Virus record (IMG/VR): IMGVR_UViG_3300050821_001227
Coordinates: 19,211-83,210 of that record
From: a virus
Direction: 5' to 3' (one strand)
Length of the DNA stretch: 64,000 nucleotides
Shown here: one piece after another, positions 35,977-46,500 of the stretch
Layout: each line of letters begins with the position of its first letter
Position numbering within the stretch: position 1 is the first letter of the stretch
The notes under the pieces: model-generated
What the model was told of the DNA's origin: nothing
Seen by the model: only the letters and a program-made list of their open reading frames with translations
Database searches by the model: none
Made by a program: the position numbers and the translations under genes

Positions 35977-36812
35977 AGGGTATTTATACGTCGGGAACCG
36001 CACAAATATTTCCGGTTGTAGGTTCGAATCTAAACATCCCCAACCCTCTGCCCACTAACGTTACTGAATGGGACAGTACCACATTGACCGGGGCACCTAC
36101 CAATTGGGGAACCGCGCCATCTGGACTCGTCATCGGCGGGAACGTAGAACTATTTGCAGGCAATTCGGCTCTTGTGTGCGATGGGTCGAGCCGCCTGCTT
36201 GTTAACATTGGAGCAGGCTCTGTCGGCATTGCAGGCTCAGTCGTCGCTACAGTCTCGGGCAATGTTACGGTGAATCAAGGAACGTCCCCGTGGGCTAGTA
36301 AAGATGCGGCGGATATGTCAGGGACGGTGCCCGGAACGGCACCATCTTCAACAGTAATTGTCGGAGAAATTTACAACAGCGCGGCCCCGGTCCCTATGGC
36401 AGGGCAGACGTTGCCAATACAGGCCGATGCTTACGGCAATGCATTTACACGAACCTCGCGACGGAGCCTTACAGTTGCACAGGCTACAACCATCGCAAGT
36501 TCGACAGCAGTAACTACGGTTTTGGCAGCGCAAGCTGCTAATGTGTTTGCCGATATCACTGATTTGGTTATAACCGTGACGCCGCAGTCCGTTACAGGCG
36601 TGACAGGCACGGCAACGCTTTCGGATGGTACCAATAGTTATGTGTTTGATATCGTGGACGCCACTCTTACGGGTACGGTGAGCGCGCTCGTGATGAATTT
36701 CACTACACCCTTGGCCGCAGCGACGGCAGCGACAGCATGGACAATTGCCCTTAGTAATGGTACAATGACAGTGCACGTCGTAATTAATGCTGTTTTGCAG
36801 AAAGTTTCATAG
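35976..36812 (+). CDS. Virion protein with uncertain start (first canonical start TTG 36084)
   Basis: The frame is open and protein-like from about 35976 (EGIYTSGTAQIFP...); VTVNQGTSPW motif. Confidence 0.6.
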   Translation, partial: EGIYTSGTAQIFPVVGSNLNIPNPLPTNVTEWDSTTLTGAPTNWGTAPSGLVIGGNVELFAGNSALVCDGSSRLLVNIGAGSVGIAGSVVATVSGNVTVNQGTSPWASKDAADMSGTVPGTAPSSTVIVGEIYNSAAPVPMAGQTLPIQADAYGNAFTRTSRRSLTVAQATTIASSTAVTTVLAAQAANVFADITDLVITVTPQSVTGVTGTATLSDGTNSYVFDIVDATLTGTVSALVMNFTTPLAAATAATAWTIALSNGTMTVHVVINAVLQKVS

Positions 36813-36819
36813 AGGACAC

Positions 36820-37026
36820 ATGCCGCAACTAACTACCAATAGTACGCCCGTCGTTGTGGAGGGTTTTGAATCACCTCTGTTAGAAATTCTCGGAGCGATT
36901 CTTTTAGAACTTCGCGCCCTTAGACTCGCCACGGTCGCACTTGCAACCGAGGGCGGATTGGCAAAAGAGGCAGATTTTGACCCAGCTTTGTTAAAGACGG
37001 AGTTGGATGTATTGACGCAGCCATAG
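36820..37026 (+). CDS. Hypothetical protein
   Basis: AGAGGA RBS; ILLELRAL helix. Confidence 0.65.
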   Translation: MPQLTTNSTPVVVEGFESPLLEILGAILLELRALRLATVALATEGGLAKEADFDPALLKTELDVLTQP

Positions 37027-37045
37027 GCTGAGAAACGAGAAATTT

Positions 37046-37690
37046 ATGGCTTTAATGCAAGGTAATCAAGGTCAGGCTGGAAAACAGACTGGCCAGAATT
37101 TGACAGCAGGACTCGGAGAATATTCCGAGATATTGGCATCAGAGTTGATGCCTCGGTACTACGAGCAGAACTATCGTGGCAACGTCTTCAACGCCTCGAA
37201 TCAGGCCGCTGTCACTGCGCCTGCCGCTTTAACCGCTTCGAGTGTCAACTTCACTCTGTATAACCCGCTTGGTTCTGGAGTCAACGCGGTTTTGAATTTT
37301 GTTGACATCACGGTTGCTCAGTTGACCGAAACGACTGCGGGCTCGTATCAAGTGTTGTTGGTAGCGAACACCGTCCCCGGCCAAGCTGCGCCTTCAACGA
37401 CCACCTCGCTGACGGCACAATCTTCGTTACTTGGTAGTTCCGCCACACCAAAATGTAAAGCCTACAGTACCGCCACGCTGGCGGCTGTACCCACTGTTGT
37501 CAAGCCGCTTTTTTCTATAACTTCAGCAGCGACAATTAGCGGAGCAATTGCAAACGGTTCGTCTGACAATATCGGAGGGTCACTCATCCTCACTCCCGGT
37601 TCTTACATAAGTGTGCAAGGAATCGGAACTTCAGAAACAACGTCGCCCGGACTAATTGTAGGAATGTCGTGGATGGAAGTCCCGGTCTAA
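37046..37690 (+). CDS. Virion protein
   Basis: RYYEQNYRGNVF...LYNP.GSG.N...W.EVP pattern. Confidence 0.65.
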   Translation: MALMQGNQGQAGKQTGQNLTAGLGEYSEILASELMPRYYEQNYRGNVFNASNQAAVTAPAALTASSVNFTLYNPLGSGVNAVLNFVDITVAQLTETTAGSYQVLLVANTVPGQAAPSTTTSLTAQSSLLGSSATPKCKAYSTATLAAVPTVVKPLFSITSAATISGAIANGSSDNIGGSLILTPGSYISVQGIGTSETTSPGLIVGMSWMEVPV

Positions 37691-37704
37691 CTTCTAGGAG
37701 CCCC

Positions 37705-38115
37705 ATGATAACCAGCCGAAGAATAAGTGAAGAAGATCGGGCAGGCATCGAACAGGCACTCGCCCGAGACTTCTTTCATCCCGGCACGCAGTCATCTGTG
37801 TTCTTCGAGCCGGGCACGGTCACAAATATCTATGAGGAAGATCACCAACCAGTTCTTCTTGTAAAGGTGTACAAGTGCTTGCACCTAGATTTGATGTGCT
37901 ACGACAATGCCGACACCGTAAGAAACAGAGCGGTGCTTCAAGCAGGCTGGATCAGGCTAATCGCTGACGCAAAAGCGAATGGCTTCAAAGAGATTGTAAC
38001 TTCCGTGAATGGACCCGCTCTACTTAAGTTCCTGACCAAGAAGGTCGAGGATGGCGGCTTCGGGTTCGAGGAAGTGAACGTCGATGGTCAAATCGCCCTG
38101 AGACGGGCGCTGTAG
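37705..38115 (+). CDS. Hypothetical protein, possible GNAT-fold
   Basis: AKANGFKEI...L.KFL...FGF; occupies the position before internal virion genes where podoviruses often have an acetyltransferase-like gene. Confidence 0.5.
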   Translation: MITSRRISEEDRAGIEQALARDFFHPGTQSSVFFEPGTVTNIYEEDHQPVLLVKVYKCLHLDLMCYDNADTVRNRAVLQAGWIRLIADAKANGFKEIVTSVNGPALLKFLTKKVEDGGFGFEEVNVDGQIALRRAL

Positions 38116-38124
38116 GAAGGACAC

Positions 38125-38595
38125 ATGGCTGGAAAGATAAACACAAGTTTGATCGGGCCGCGTTTGAAGCATCGAGGCTTCTTCAGTCAGCGCGTGTACA
38201 CGGCACGCTATTTTGAGAAGCTGGGGCGGGCAAGAGTATTTACGCCCGAACAACGGGAAGCAATGCGAATCACCACCAAAGAATGGTGCCGTGTCCAGTA
38301 TCGTACGAGTGAAGAGTACCGCTTCTCGAAGCGGGTAGCCAAGTTAAAACTGGTTCATGAGTTCACCTTGGCACAGTACAAACAAATGCTTGTTGAACAA
38401 GGCAACGCTTGTTGGATTTGCCATCGTAAGTTTTCAGCGGAAATGCCTCCGTGTATCGACCACGATCACGAAGCGCGCATTGTGCGGCATTTACTATGCG
38501 ACCCGTGTAACATCGGTATCGGCACCTTTCAGGAATCTATTGAGTGGTTGCGGAGAGCGGCGTTATATCTTGAGACGCATCGGAAAGGAATATAA
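38125..38595 (+). CDS. Endonuclease VII-type homing endonuclease
   Basis: QGNACWIC...IDHDHE..IVRHLLCDPCNIGIG.FQE. Confidence 0.88.
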   Translation: MAGKINTSLIGPRLKHRGFFSQRVYTARYFEKLGRARVFTPEQREAMRITTKEWCRVQYRTSEEYRFSKRVAKLKLVHEFTLAQYKQMLVEQGNACWICHRKFSAEMPPCIDHDHEARIVRHLLCDPCNIGIGTFQESIEWLRRAALYLETHRKGI

Positions 38596-38596
38596 T

Positions 38597-39295
38597 ATGT
38601 GTCTCGGAGTGGGAGCAAGTTCAGGCTCTAAAGCAATCAACAACGAAGCGGGGGCCGTCTATGGAACGGCCATTACACAGGCCAAAGCTGAGTTCGGAGA
38701 CGCCAACACGGTGTTTAACGATCTAGTCAAAAGCACGGCCCCGATTGTTGCTGCGGGTCCGGAACAAACAGGATTCTCGGCACAGCAAGAATCCGCTATC
38801 AACGCGGCTACCATCGACCAAACTGCGGCTCAGTACAAGAACGCAGCCACAGCCGTCAAGAGTGACATCGCTGGTCAAGGTGGAGGCAATATTGCCCTGC
38901 CGTCCGGCGTAAACATCGCCACGGAAGAAGCGCTGGCGGAAGCTGGCGCACAACAGACCGCGTCAGGTTTGCGCTCGAACCTACAGGCTGATTACGCTGC
39001 GGGCAACCAGAATTGGGAATTTGCTACAGGCGCGCTCACCAAAGCGCCCGGCGTATTCTCGGACGCTAACACAGCGACCGCCGATACAGCCAAGCTGGGC
39101 GATACTGCACTTCAGTCCCAAAGCGTTATCAACGCGGCTCCATCATGGCAGAAGATTGCGATGGGTGCACTGGGTTCAGGTATTGAAGCTGCCTCGAATT
39201 TTATCCCCGGCGCAGGCCCGGTGCTGGGAGCCGTTTCAAATGTTGCCGGGAATGCCGTTTCGGGTGCTGTAGACAGTTCCGGACAGAGCAGCTAA
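38597..39295 (+). CDS. Internal virion / ejection protein
   Basis: MC start after AAGGA; Ala/Gln/Gly-rich helical composition. Confidence 0.65.
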   Translation: MCLGVGASSGSKAINNEAGAVYGTAITQAKAEFGDANTVFNDLVKSTAPIVAAGPEQTGFSAQQESAINAATIDQTAAQYKNAATAVKSDIAGQGGGNIALPSGVNIATEEALAEAGAQQTASGLRSNLQADYAAGNQNWEFATGALTKAPGVFSDANTATADTAKLGDTALQSQSVINAAPSWQKIAMGALGSGIEAASNFIPGAGPVLGAVSNVAGNAVSGAVDSSGQSS

Positions 39296-39308
39296 TCAGG
39301 AGATTATT

Positions 39309-41546
39309 ATGGCAGACCCACAAACTAACACCGCAGACATCGGCATGGCCACCGGGCCCGCTCCCACTCCCGCAGCCCCGAGCGCAATTCAGCCCAATCC
39401 TGCTGCACAGCCGGACACCGCTCAGCCGGGCGATAATTCCAACAAGCCTGATGCGCAGACGCCCGCAGCGAAAAGTATGCCGTCCAATTTGGTGAACAAT
39501 CCTCAAGTTGAGTCGCAGAAGCTGGCCACGCAGACCGATGCCAACAAGAACAGTCCCGCGCCATTCCACACCATGTTGCGCCACGCAGCCATGGAGATGT
39601 TAGGTGGGCAGCAATACAAGACCGACTACAAGCCCGATGGCACCGCAGTACGCACCCCCATTGAGCCGTCGTTGGCTCATCTCGGACTTGCGCTTGCGGC
39701 AGAAGTTTTGAAGGGCGGCATCGCTGGCGGCAACGCCAAGGATTCCGTAGCAGCCGCGCAGGCCGGACAAGCGTCCGCCGCGAAAGCTGCGGCAGCGCGC
39801 AAGCAGGCATCAATCGACCAAGACGCTCAAGTGAAGGCCGATCAAAATCACAAGCTGGCTGTGACCAAGAACAACTTGGAACTTCACCAGTTGGCGCTCA
39901 ATGTCGGCAAGCAAGACTTGGACATGAACAATGCCATGGTCAAGAGCTACGAGCCCGTAGCCAGCATGCTTGAGAACCATCCGGACATAATTAAGGAAGA
40001 CATTACTGAAGATCAGATTCCTGCCGCGATGAAGAAATACAACATCACGAAGGATATGTTCATTCCCCACGGCGATCCAGTTCCTGTAATGGACCCGACG
40101 ACTGGACAACAGAAAGAAGTCAACGGCGTCCCGGTTTGGAGTCACAACTACTATGTCATCGACGGCGCAGCCAAGGGTCAACTGACCAAAGAGATTCAGG
40201 ACATGGGCTACAAGGTTGGTAAATTCCGTGGCCCGGACGGCGAACGTGTGAACGTTCCGACCAACTCTGAATATCCAATGGCGACGATTGGCAAGTACGC
40301 AACCGATTTCGCTCAGATTCAGACCGCCGAAGAACAGCTTGAAAATCACAAGAACGATCTTCTTGGCGACAAGGCAGGTCCACGTCAAAGCATGGCGGAC
40401 CAAGTTGCCCACGACCCGAACATGATGCAGGCCGTGAAGGACTACTCGCGGTTTCTAGGCGCTGGAGACATCGACGACGTTTTCGCCGCAATGATGGCGA
40501 ACGGAAAAGGCGACTCTGCCGCACGGCTCATGAATTTCATGGGCGTAACGCCGGACGACGTTCGCGATTTCGAGAACCAGAAAGCCAAGGAAGCCAAGGA
40601 AGCGACCACGGTTGCAAAGCCTCTGACTCAAGAACAGAAGGACGAAATTGGAGCACGCACCGATCTTCTCAAGGCCGAAAAAGAAACGCAGGGAACGGTT
40701 CAGAGCAAGAATCGTGAGGACGTTGCGAAGCTGTCAGCAGAAAAGCGGCATCTCGATGCCGAGACCGATAAACTGTTGACTGACAAGAATGGCACCGATG
40801 CTCTCATCGACGCCATGGGTAAGGGAAGCGTTTCTGCCGAACGTATCGGCTACATTCTGGCTAAGAAGCCAGAGTTGATCGACGCGGTCGCCAAGAAGTA
40901 TCCTGACTTCTCAACGTCTCGTGCAGAAGCGTATCCGAAAGTTTACGCTGAGTTCACGAGTACGAAGCCCAAGACTGCTGGAGCGCAAATCAATAACGGC
41001 GCAACGGCATTCCGTCACTTGAACGATTTGTTGGCATTAAACACCAACACCAGCCACATCCCCGGCACGCCCGCTTATAAGGCTTATAAGAGTCAGATGA
41101 ACACGGTCGTGGACGAGTTGGGTCAGTTCTACGGAACCTCAACCATCCCCGGATTGGAAGGCTTCAAAGAGACTCTGGATTCGACGCTCCCCGGTAACAG
41201 GGAATCGGCCATCCGAACTCAGGCTCACTCCATGGGTGTCAAGATGGATTCGTTCGTCCAGCAATGGAAGAACGCGGCCCCGAGTAAAGCGTACGAAGGT
41301 CCGATGCCCTTCTACAGTGACGAGGCTCAGGCAGCACGTCAGCATTTGACAGGCGAGACAGGAACCAACATTCCTACGTTGACGACTGAGCAGAATGCTA
41401 ACGCTCCTAAGACCTTCAAGTCGGCGGACGGAACGTCTTACAACCTTGACGCAAACGGAACCTTTTCGGCCCACGGCGCGCAGTATAAAGTCGGACCAGA
41501 CGGCAAGGCTCACAAGGTAGTGACACCAGCACCAGCGACAAAGTAA
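39309..41546 (+). CDS. Internal virion / ejection protein
   Basis: 745 aa, helical, in the ejection-protein position. Confidence 0.65.
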   Translation: MADPQTNTADIGMATGPAPTPAAPSAIQPNPAAQPDTAQPGDNSNKPDAQTPAAKSMPSNLVNNPQVESQKLATQTDANKNSPAPFHTMLRHAAMEMLGGQQYKTDYKPDGTAVRTPIEPSLAHLGLALAAEVLKGGIAGGNAKDSVAAAQAGQASAAKAAAARKQASIDQDAQVKADQNHKLAVTKNNLELHQLALNVGKQDLDMNNAMVKSYEPVASMLENHPDIIKEDITEDQIPAAMKKYNITKDMFIPHGDPVPVMDPTTGQQKEVNGVPVWSHNYYVIDGAAKGQLTKEIQDMGYKVGKFRGPDGERVNVPTNSEYPMATIGKYATDFAQIQTAEEQLENHKNDLLGDKAGPRQSMADQVAHDPNMMQAVKDYSRFLGAGDIDDVFAAMMANGKGDSAARLMNFMGVTPDDVRDFENQKAKEAKEATTVAKPLTQEQKDEIGARTDLLKAEKETQGTVQSKNREDVAKLSAEKRHLDAETDKLLTDKNGTDALIDAMGKGSVSAERIGYILAKKPELIDAVAKKYPDFSTSRAEAYPKVYAEFTSTKPKTAGAQINNGATAFRHLNDLLALNTNTSHIPGTPAYKAYKSQMNTVVDELGQFYGTSTIPGLEGFKETLDSTLPGNRESAIRTQAHSMGVKMDSFVQQWKNAAPSKAYEGPMPFYSDEAQAARQHLTGETGTNIPTLTTEQNANAPKTFKSADGTSYNLDANGTFSAHGAQYKVGPDGKAHKVVTPAPATK

Positions 41547-41556
41547 AGGACATCCA

Positions 41557-43584
41557 ATGGCACAGATCGACTCGCAGACCGCAAACCCGGCGCAACCACA
41601 AGGCGCGCCGGACACAATTGATGCGGCCCCTGACACAATCGACGCCGCTGCCGCACCCGACACACTGGATGCAGCCGCTCCTCCTGATCCCAACAAGGTG
41701 TTGGCTAGCACCAAGTACGCTGGCGCGCCGTCCACAGAGCAGCCGGGGTTCGTTCAAAGAACCATGGAAAACTCTGGGGCAGCAGGAATCGGCAATCTCA
41801 TCGGTCAGACTGGTGGATACGTCGGCACTATGCCCGGACGCACGTTCAATCGTGTAAAGGGTATTCAGGCTGCGTATGAGGCTTTGAAACAGGGCGACCT
41901 GAAGAAGGCTTCGATGATCGCGCACACTCTGGCGACCGGGCCTGACGATCCTGTTACCGAGATGGCGAAGAACATCATCAAGATGCCTTTCGAGGAAGCC
42001 GCAGAAGCCTACAAATCTTTGCGCGACAATCCTGACAAGGTATCCGCAGTTCTTGAAGCGGCCCAGCACGGCATTCGTTCAATCCCAGTGATTGGAGCGG
42101 GCGCTGAACAAGTCGGCAATAACATCGCTGAAGACTTTCACAACAATAACTGGACTGGATTGTCCGGCGACATCGTCGGCATCCTGCCTGCGTTACTGTT
42201 CGGTGGAGAAAATCGTGCAGCCGCAGCCGCAGAAACCTCTGGCGCAGAAGGCGCAGCAGAAGCTGCCATGGAAGCCAAGAAGAACGCGATTCGGCCAAGT
42301 CAGCGCATGATTGGGAAAACGCCAGTCCCTGTGACGGCTTTACAAGAAGCTGATCCCACACTACGCGCCCGCATGTTAAAGACGGTCGCCAATGATCCTG
42401 CTGCTGCTCAGTCGCGATTCATCGCAGAGCACACGCAGCCCGCAGCGGCCACCGCAGCCGTAACCACTCTCGAAGATGTCGCCCGCAAGCACATTCAGAT
42501 GGTGCGTGAAGAACTTGGAAACCATGCGCCGTTTGAAGGCGACATGGGAACCATCGGCAAACAAGCCAATGCCATGCGTGAGTCGGCATCGGACATCTAT
42601 CAGAAATTTGACAAGGCTTCTGACGCCGAGCAGGAAGCGTACAAGACCCAGACGGCTCTCGACAAAGAACAGTTCGAGAACGCTCAGGTCGAAAAGGAAA
42701 AAGCATTCGACGAGGCGCAAGCAGCCAAGAAAGAAGATTTCGAGAAGACTGAACAAGCCAAGGTCAAGGCTGGCGCAGGGAAAGCAACTCCCTACAAGGC
42801 CAAGCCCTTCAAGGCCGAAAAGTTTGAAGGCGAAAACTTCGAGCCTGAAGAACGTCCTCTTACATTCGATGAGTTGCAACATCAACGTGCACAGATCACA
42901 AAGGCGATGCAGCGTAACGCTGTGCCGTTCTCTGACGGTCAGGACGCTCTCCAAGCAGTCGAACAGAAGATGGATGACTTCGCTGAACGTCACGCAGACG
43001 TTGTATCTCCCGAAGAGTATAAGCTGGCGAATGAGACCTACAAGGCCGCAACGAAGCATGACTTCATAGCAGACCGCTTGAAGATCGCACTCGGTACCGA
43101 CGAGATACCGACCAAGATCAGCAAGGGTAGTCTGAGTTCGATTCAGCAAGCATTCGATTCCAACAAGAAGTTTGGACCCGGCGCGTTCGAGCAGTATCTC
43201 GGACCCGAGGGAATGAAGAACTTCCAATCCATCCGAGACGTTCTTGAGAACCCTGTGCAGAGCAGCCCGTTCTTAAGACTGGCGAAGATGTTGATGGGCG
43301 AAGCCGCTGGCGCTGGCGTTGGAGTTTTGTCAGGCACAGGCACTGAAGGTGCGATAGCAGGCATGGCTGCAAAGTACGGCATCGGTCATATAGCAGAGAA
43401 CCTGCTGTTCAACCCCGAGTACGGTCAGACAATGTTGGCCGCTTGGAAGAGACTTCACACACTGCCGAACTCGCAAGTTGGTAGACTAGGTGTTGGGGCT
43501 GGTCAAATAGCTCCCGTAGCACCGCGACCGAGCGAAGCAACACACGTCTGGTCACCAGAGCAAGGCGTAACACCGATACAATAA
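41557..43584 (+). CDS. Internal virion / ejection protein
   Basis: 675 aa, helical; N-terminal APDT(I/L)DA x3. Confidence 0.65.
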   Translation: MAQIDSQTANPAQPQGAPDTIDAAPDTIDAAAAPDTLDAAAPPDPNKVLASTKYAGAPSTEQPGFVQRTMENSGAAGIGNLIGQTGGYVGTMPGRTFNRVKGIQAAYEALKQGDLKKASMIAHTLATGPDDPVTEMAKNIIKMPFEEAAEAYKSLRDNPDKVSAVLEAAQHGIRSIPVIGAGAEQVGNNIAEDFHNNNWTGLSGDIVGILPALLFGGENRAAAAAETSGAEGAAEAAMEAKKNAIRPSQRMIGKTPVPVTALQEADPTLRARMLKTVANDPAAAQSRFIAEHTQPAAATAAVTTLEDVARKHIQMVREELGNHAPFEGDMGTIGKQANAMRESASDIYQKFDKASDAEQEAYKTQTALDKEQFENAQVEKEKAFDEAQAAKKEDFEKTEQAKVKAGAGKATPYKAKPFKAEKFEGENFEPEERPLTFDELQHQRAQITKAMQRNAVPFSDGQDALQAVEQKMDDFAERHADVVSPEEYKLANETYKAATKHDFIADRLKIALGTDEIPTKISKGSLSSIQQAFDSNKKFGPGAFEQYLGPEGMKNFQSIRDVLENPVQSSPFLRLAKMLMGEAAGAGVGVLSGTGTEGAIAGMAAKYGIGHIAENLLFNPEYGQTMLAAWKRLHTLPNSQVGRLGVGAGQIAPVAPRPSEATHVWSPEQGVTPIQ

Positions 43585-43596
43585 CTGAAGGGAATC

Positions 43597-46500
43597 ATGG
43601 ACGCTCCCGAGACGATTCAACCGGAACAAACACAGGCACCAGCGATCATCGACCCGCAAATGGACACGAATAAAGTCTATGAGCAGGAGCATGAACGCCA
43701 GCATGCAATCTCTGACGATCAGCCGACACAGTTGGCACAGAACGATGTGCCGACGTACACGCTAGGGAGTCCAGCAGGACTTCTTGAGCCCGGCAACATT
43801 GACTTGAATAACCGCCCGCTTGTTCACAATGCTGACGGTTCGCACAGTACCGAGTATTCAACATCGTTTGGAGATGAGAAGGGTCGAGAGGTTCTTGTTC
43901 CCACCGTGGTCAACGGTAAGTTCTTGACGCCGGATGGCAGGAAGCCTGCCGAACGAAGTCCAGCCGAGAAAGCTATGTTCAGGCGTGCACAAGCGCACTA
44001 TGAACAGACGCATGAGCATATGGGCATTTTTGATTCCCCAGAGAACTCTGACGCGTACGCCAACATCGTACACAATCGGCAAGATGCTCGTGTGCCTACG
44101 AGCGATACGCATAACATTGTTCAGGCTCCAGATGGGGCAAAGGTGGCGTTCCCCAAGGGCACGTCCCCTGAGACGATGCACGCAGAGATGACGAAGTGGT
44201 GGCAGCCTCGTGTTCAGCAAGCAATGCAAGCATGGGACGCAGTACGCAACGCGGCATCGAACGCAGCGCAGGCAATCGGCCTCCCCAGCGACATGCCTGA
44301 GTTGCAACTACAGACCGACGAGTTCATGCGTGATCCAGTCGGAAAGACTGGAGACGTTGTAGGCGCAGTCGTAGGCGGGCTTGCACACGGATTCAATGCT
44401 ATCATTCCGAATACTACCGAGAACCGAGCTATGGTTCAGCGCGCCCAAGCAGAGCACGCGCAGGGAAACAACATTGCCGCAGCTACCACGCTTGTGCCGT
44501 TAGTCGGAGACGGTCTGGCCAAGGCCGTGAAGCAGGCGCAGGACAAAGATTTCTCAGGATCAATCGGAACCACTCTTGGTGTCGCTGCACCATTCCTTAC
44601 CGAAACATTCAAGGCCGAACCGGAACTTCCGGTCAGTCGTGAGCAGGCATACGCTGGCGCAGAACGACGCGCAGCCGCAGCCTCCGAAGCCCCTGCTTAT
44701 GCAGGTGCAGAACGCCGTGGCGCTTTGATGAGCCCGACTGAGATTGAGAACAACCTCAAGACTGGACGACCAGTCTATACGCCGTTCGACAGTACCGAAG
44801 GCGCAATGGATACGATTAACCGCGATCTGGCAACGCGCTTGGAGAAGCAGCCAGAACCTGTAGCAGTTAATGCTTCGGGCGAATCCGCCGCTTCGCAGGA
44901 AGCGATCAATCGTACGGCCAGTCAGAAGGTACAAGGCATCAAGACGTTCCGTGTGGATAGCCGCACGGGCAACGCAACGCCTGTTCTGGGTGTTGACGCC
45001 GCAGACGCTACAGCGCATCCGTATGAGCACGTCGTTCAAGTCAAAGACGGGCAAGTCACGGTGCAAGATTCAGGCAAAGGAGCACGCCCGCTCGACGAGC
45101 AGAAGTTGCTCAAACAGACAGGTGGCGAACTTCCCAAGCAGATCGTAGGTACCGCAGAGGGCGCAGTCCGAGATTCAGAACTGTTCGCGCAGGCGAAACA
45201 GAAGCTGGGTCCAGACGCATCCTTCTCGCAGATTGCGACCGAAGCACAGCGCATGAAGACTGCGGGCGAAGACGTTCCGATTCAGGTTCGTCATTGGTCG
45301 AAACAGCGCGTTCCTCTAACCGAAACCAATCCTGAGATGTTCGGCACAGGCCGAGCGGGTGCGGAACGGTCACGGGCGAATGAGCCCGGATTCTTGCCGC
45401 GTACTTATTTCGGCATGGACGGTTACCGCGAACCCGAAGTCCAGTCCGGCCTCGAACACACGGCCACGCTGGACCGCAGCAAGTATTACGACATCAATGC
45501 AGACAAGGACGGCATCTGGCAGAAGGGCTTCCAAGAAGGTGGCGCAACCGCCGCAGAGAAAGCTGTGAAGGATGCGGGATACTCAGGGTACTATTCTCCT
45601 GAGCAGCAAGTCGCCGCATCGTTCGACAAGGTTCCGGTCAAGGTCCGTAAGGGTCCAGTCGCCGAAGCCGCAGACAGCTTCAACGCAGAACATGGCCGTC
45701 CTCCGGTCGAACATAAAATAGTCAGTGCTCCGGAACACGCGAAAGCGATTGCCGACGAGTATGAGCACATGGCTCACGATCCTAACAATCCTGCCGTTCA
45801 ACGCGCCTACGGCGCAATGAAAAACGACATCGACGAGCAATGGGATTACGCAACCAAGAAGATGGGCATCACTATGGAGCCATGGACTGGAGAAGGCCAG
45901 CCCTATAAGAACTCCAAGGAGATGACCGCAGATGTAAAGAACAACAAACATCTGTATTTCTTTACAGGTGGTGACATGCCTGTCGATCATCCGTTAGCAG
46001 AGGATGCTGGCGAAGGATTGAATTACAATGACAAGTTGCGGGCAGTTCATGATTTGTTCGGTCATGCAGCCAACGACAACCAGTTCGGCCCCCAAGGCGA
46101 AGAACGTGCATGGCAAGAACATCGTCAAATGTTCAGCCCTGAAGCAATCCCCGCCGTCACTACAGAAACTCGTGGACAGAATAGTTGGGTAAACTTTGGA
46201 CCGCACCTGAGAGACGCCGAAGGCAACATCCCCGGCAAAGGTGAGCCCGGAGCAATCCCGCCCGCCAAGCGTCCGTTCGCCGAACAAAAAGCTGGCTTAC
46301 TGCCGGAATGGGCAACCCGCCCCGAAGGCGTGCCAACCGATGCTGCGACTGCGCAGAAAACTTTAGAACACATCAAGTCGGGGAAGCCATTCGCTATCTT
46401 GACGGCAGAGAACCCGCTCAATACCCGCATCGGAGACGCCGAGAACGCGGCACGGAATGCTGCGCTCGAAGACGATCTTAAAGCCCGTGGGTACGAGCCT

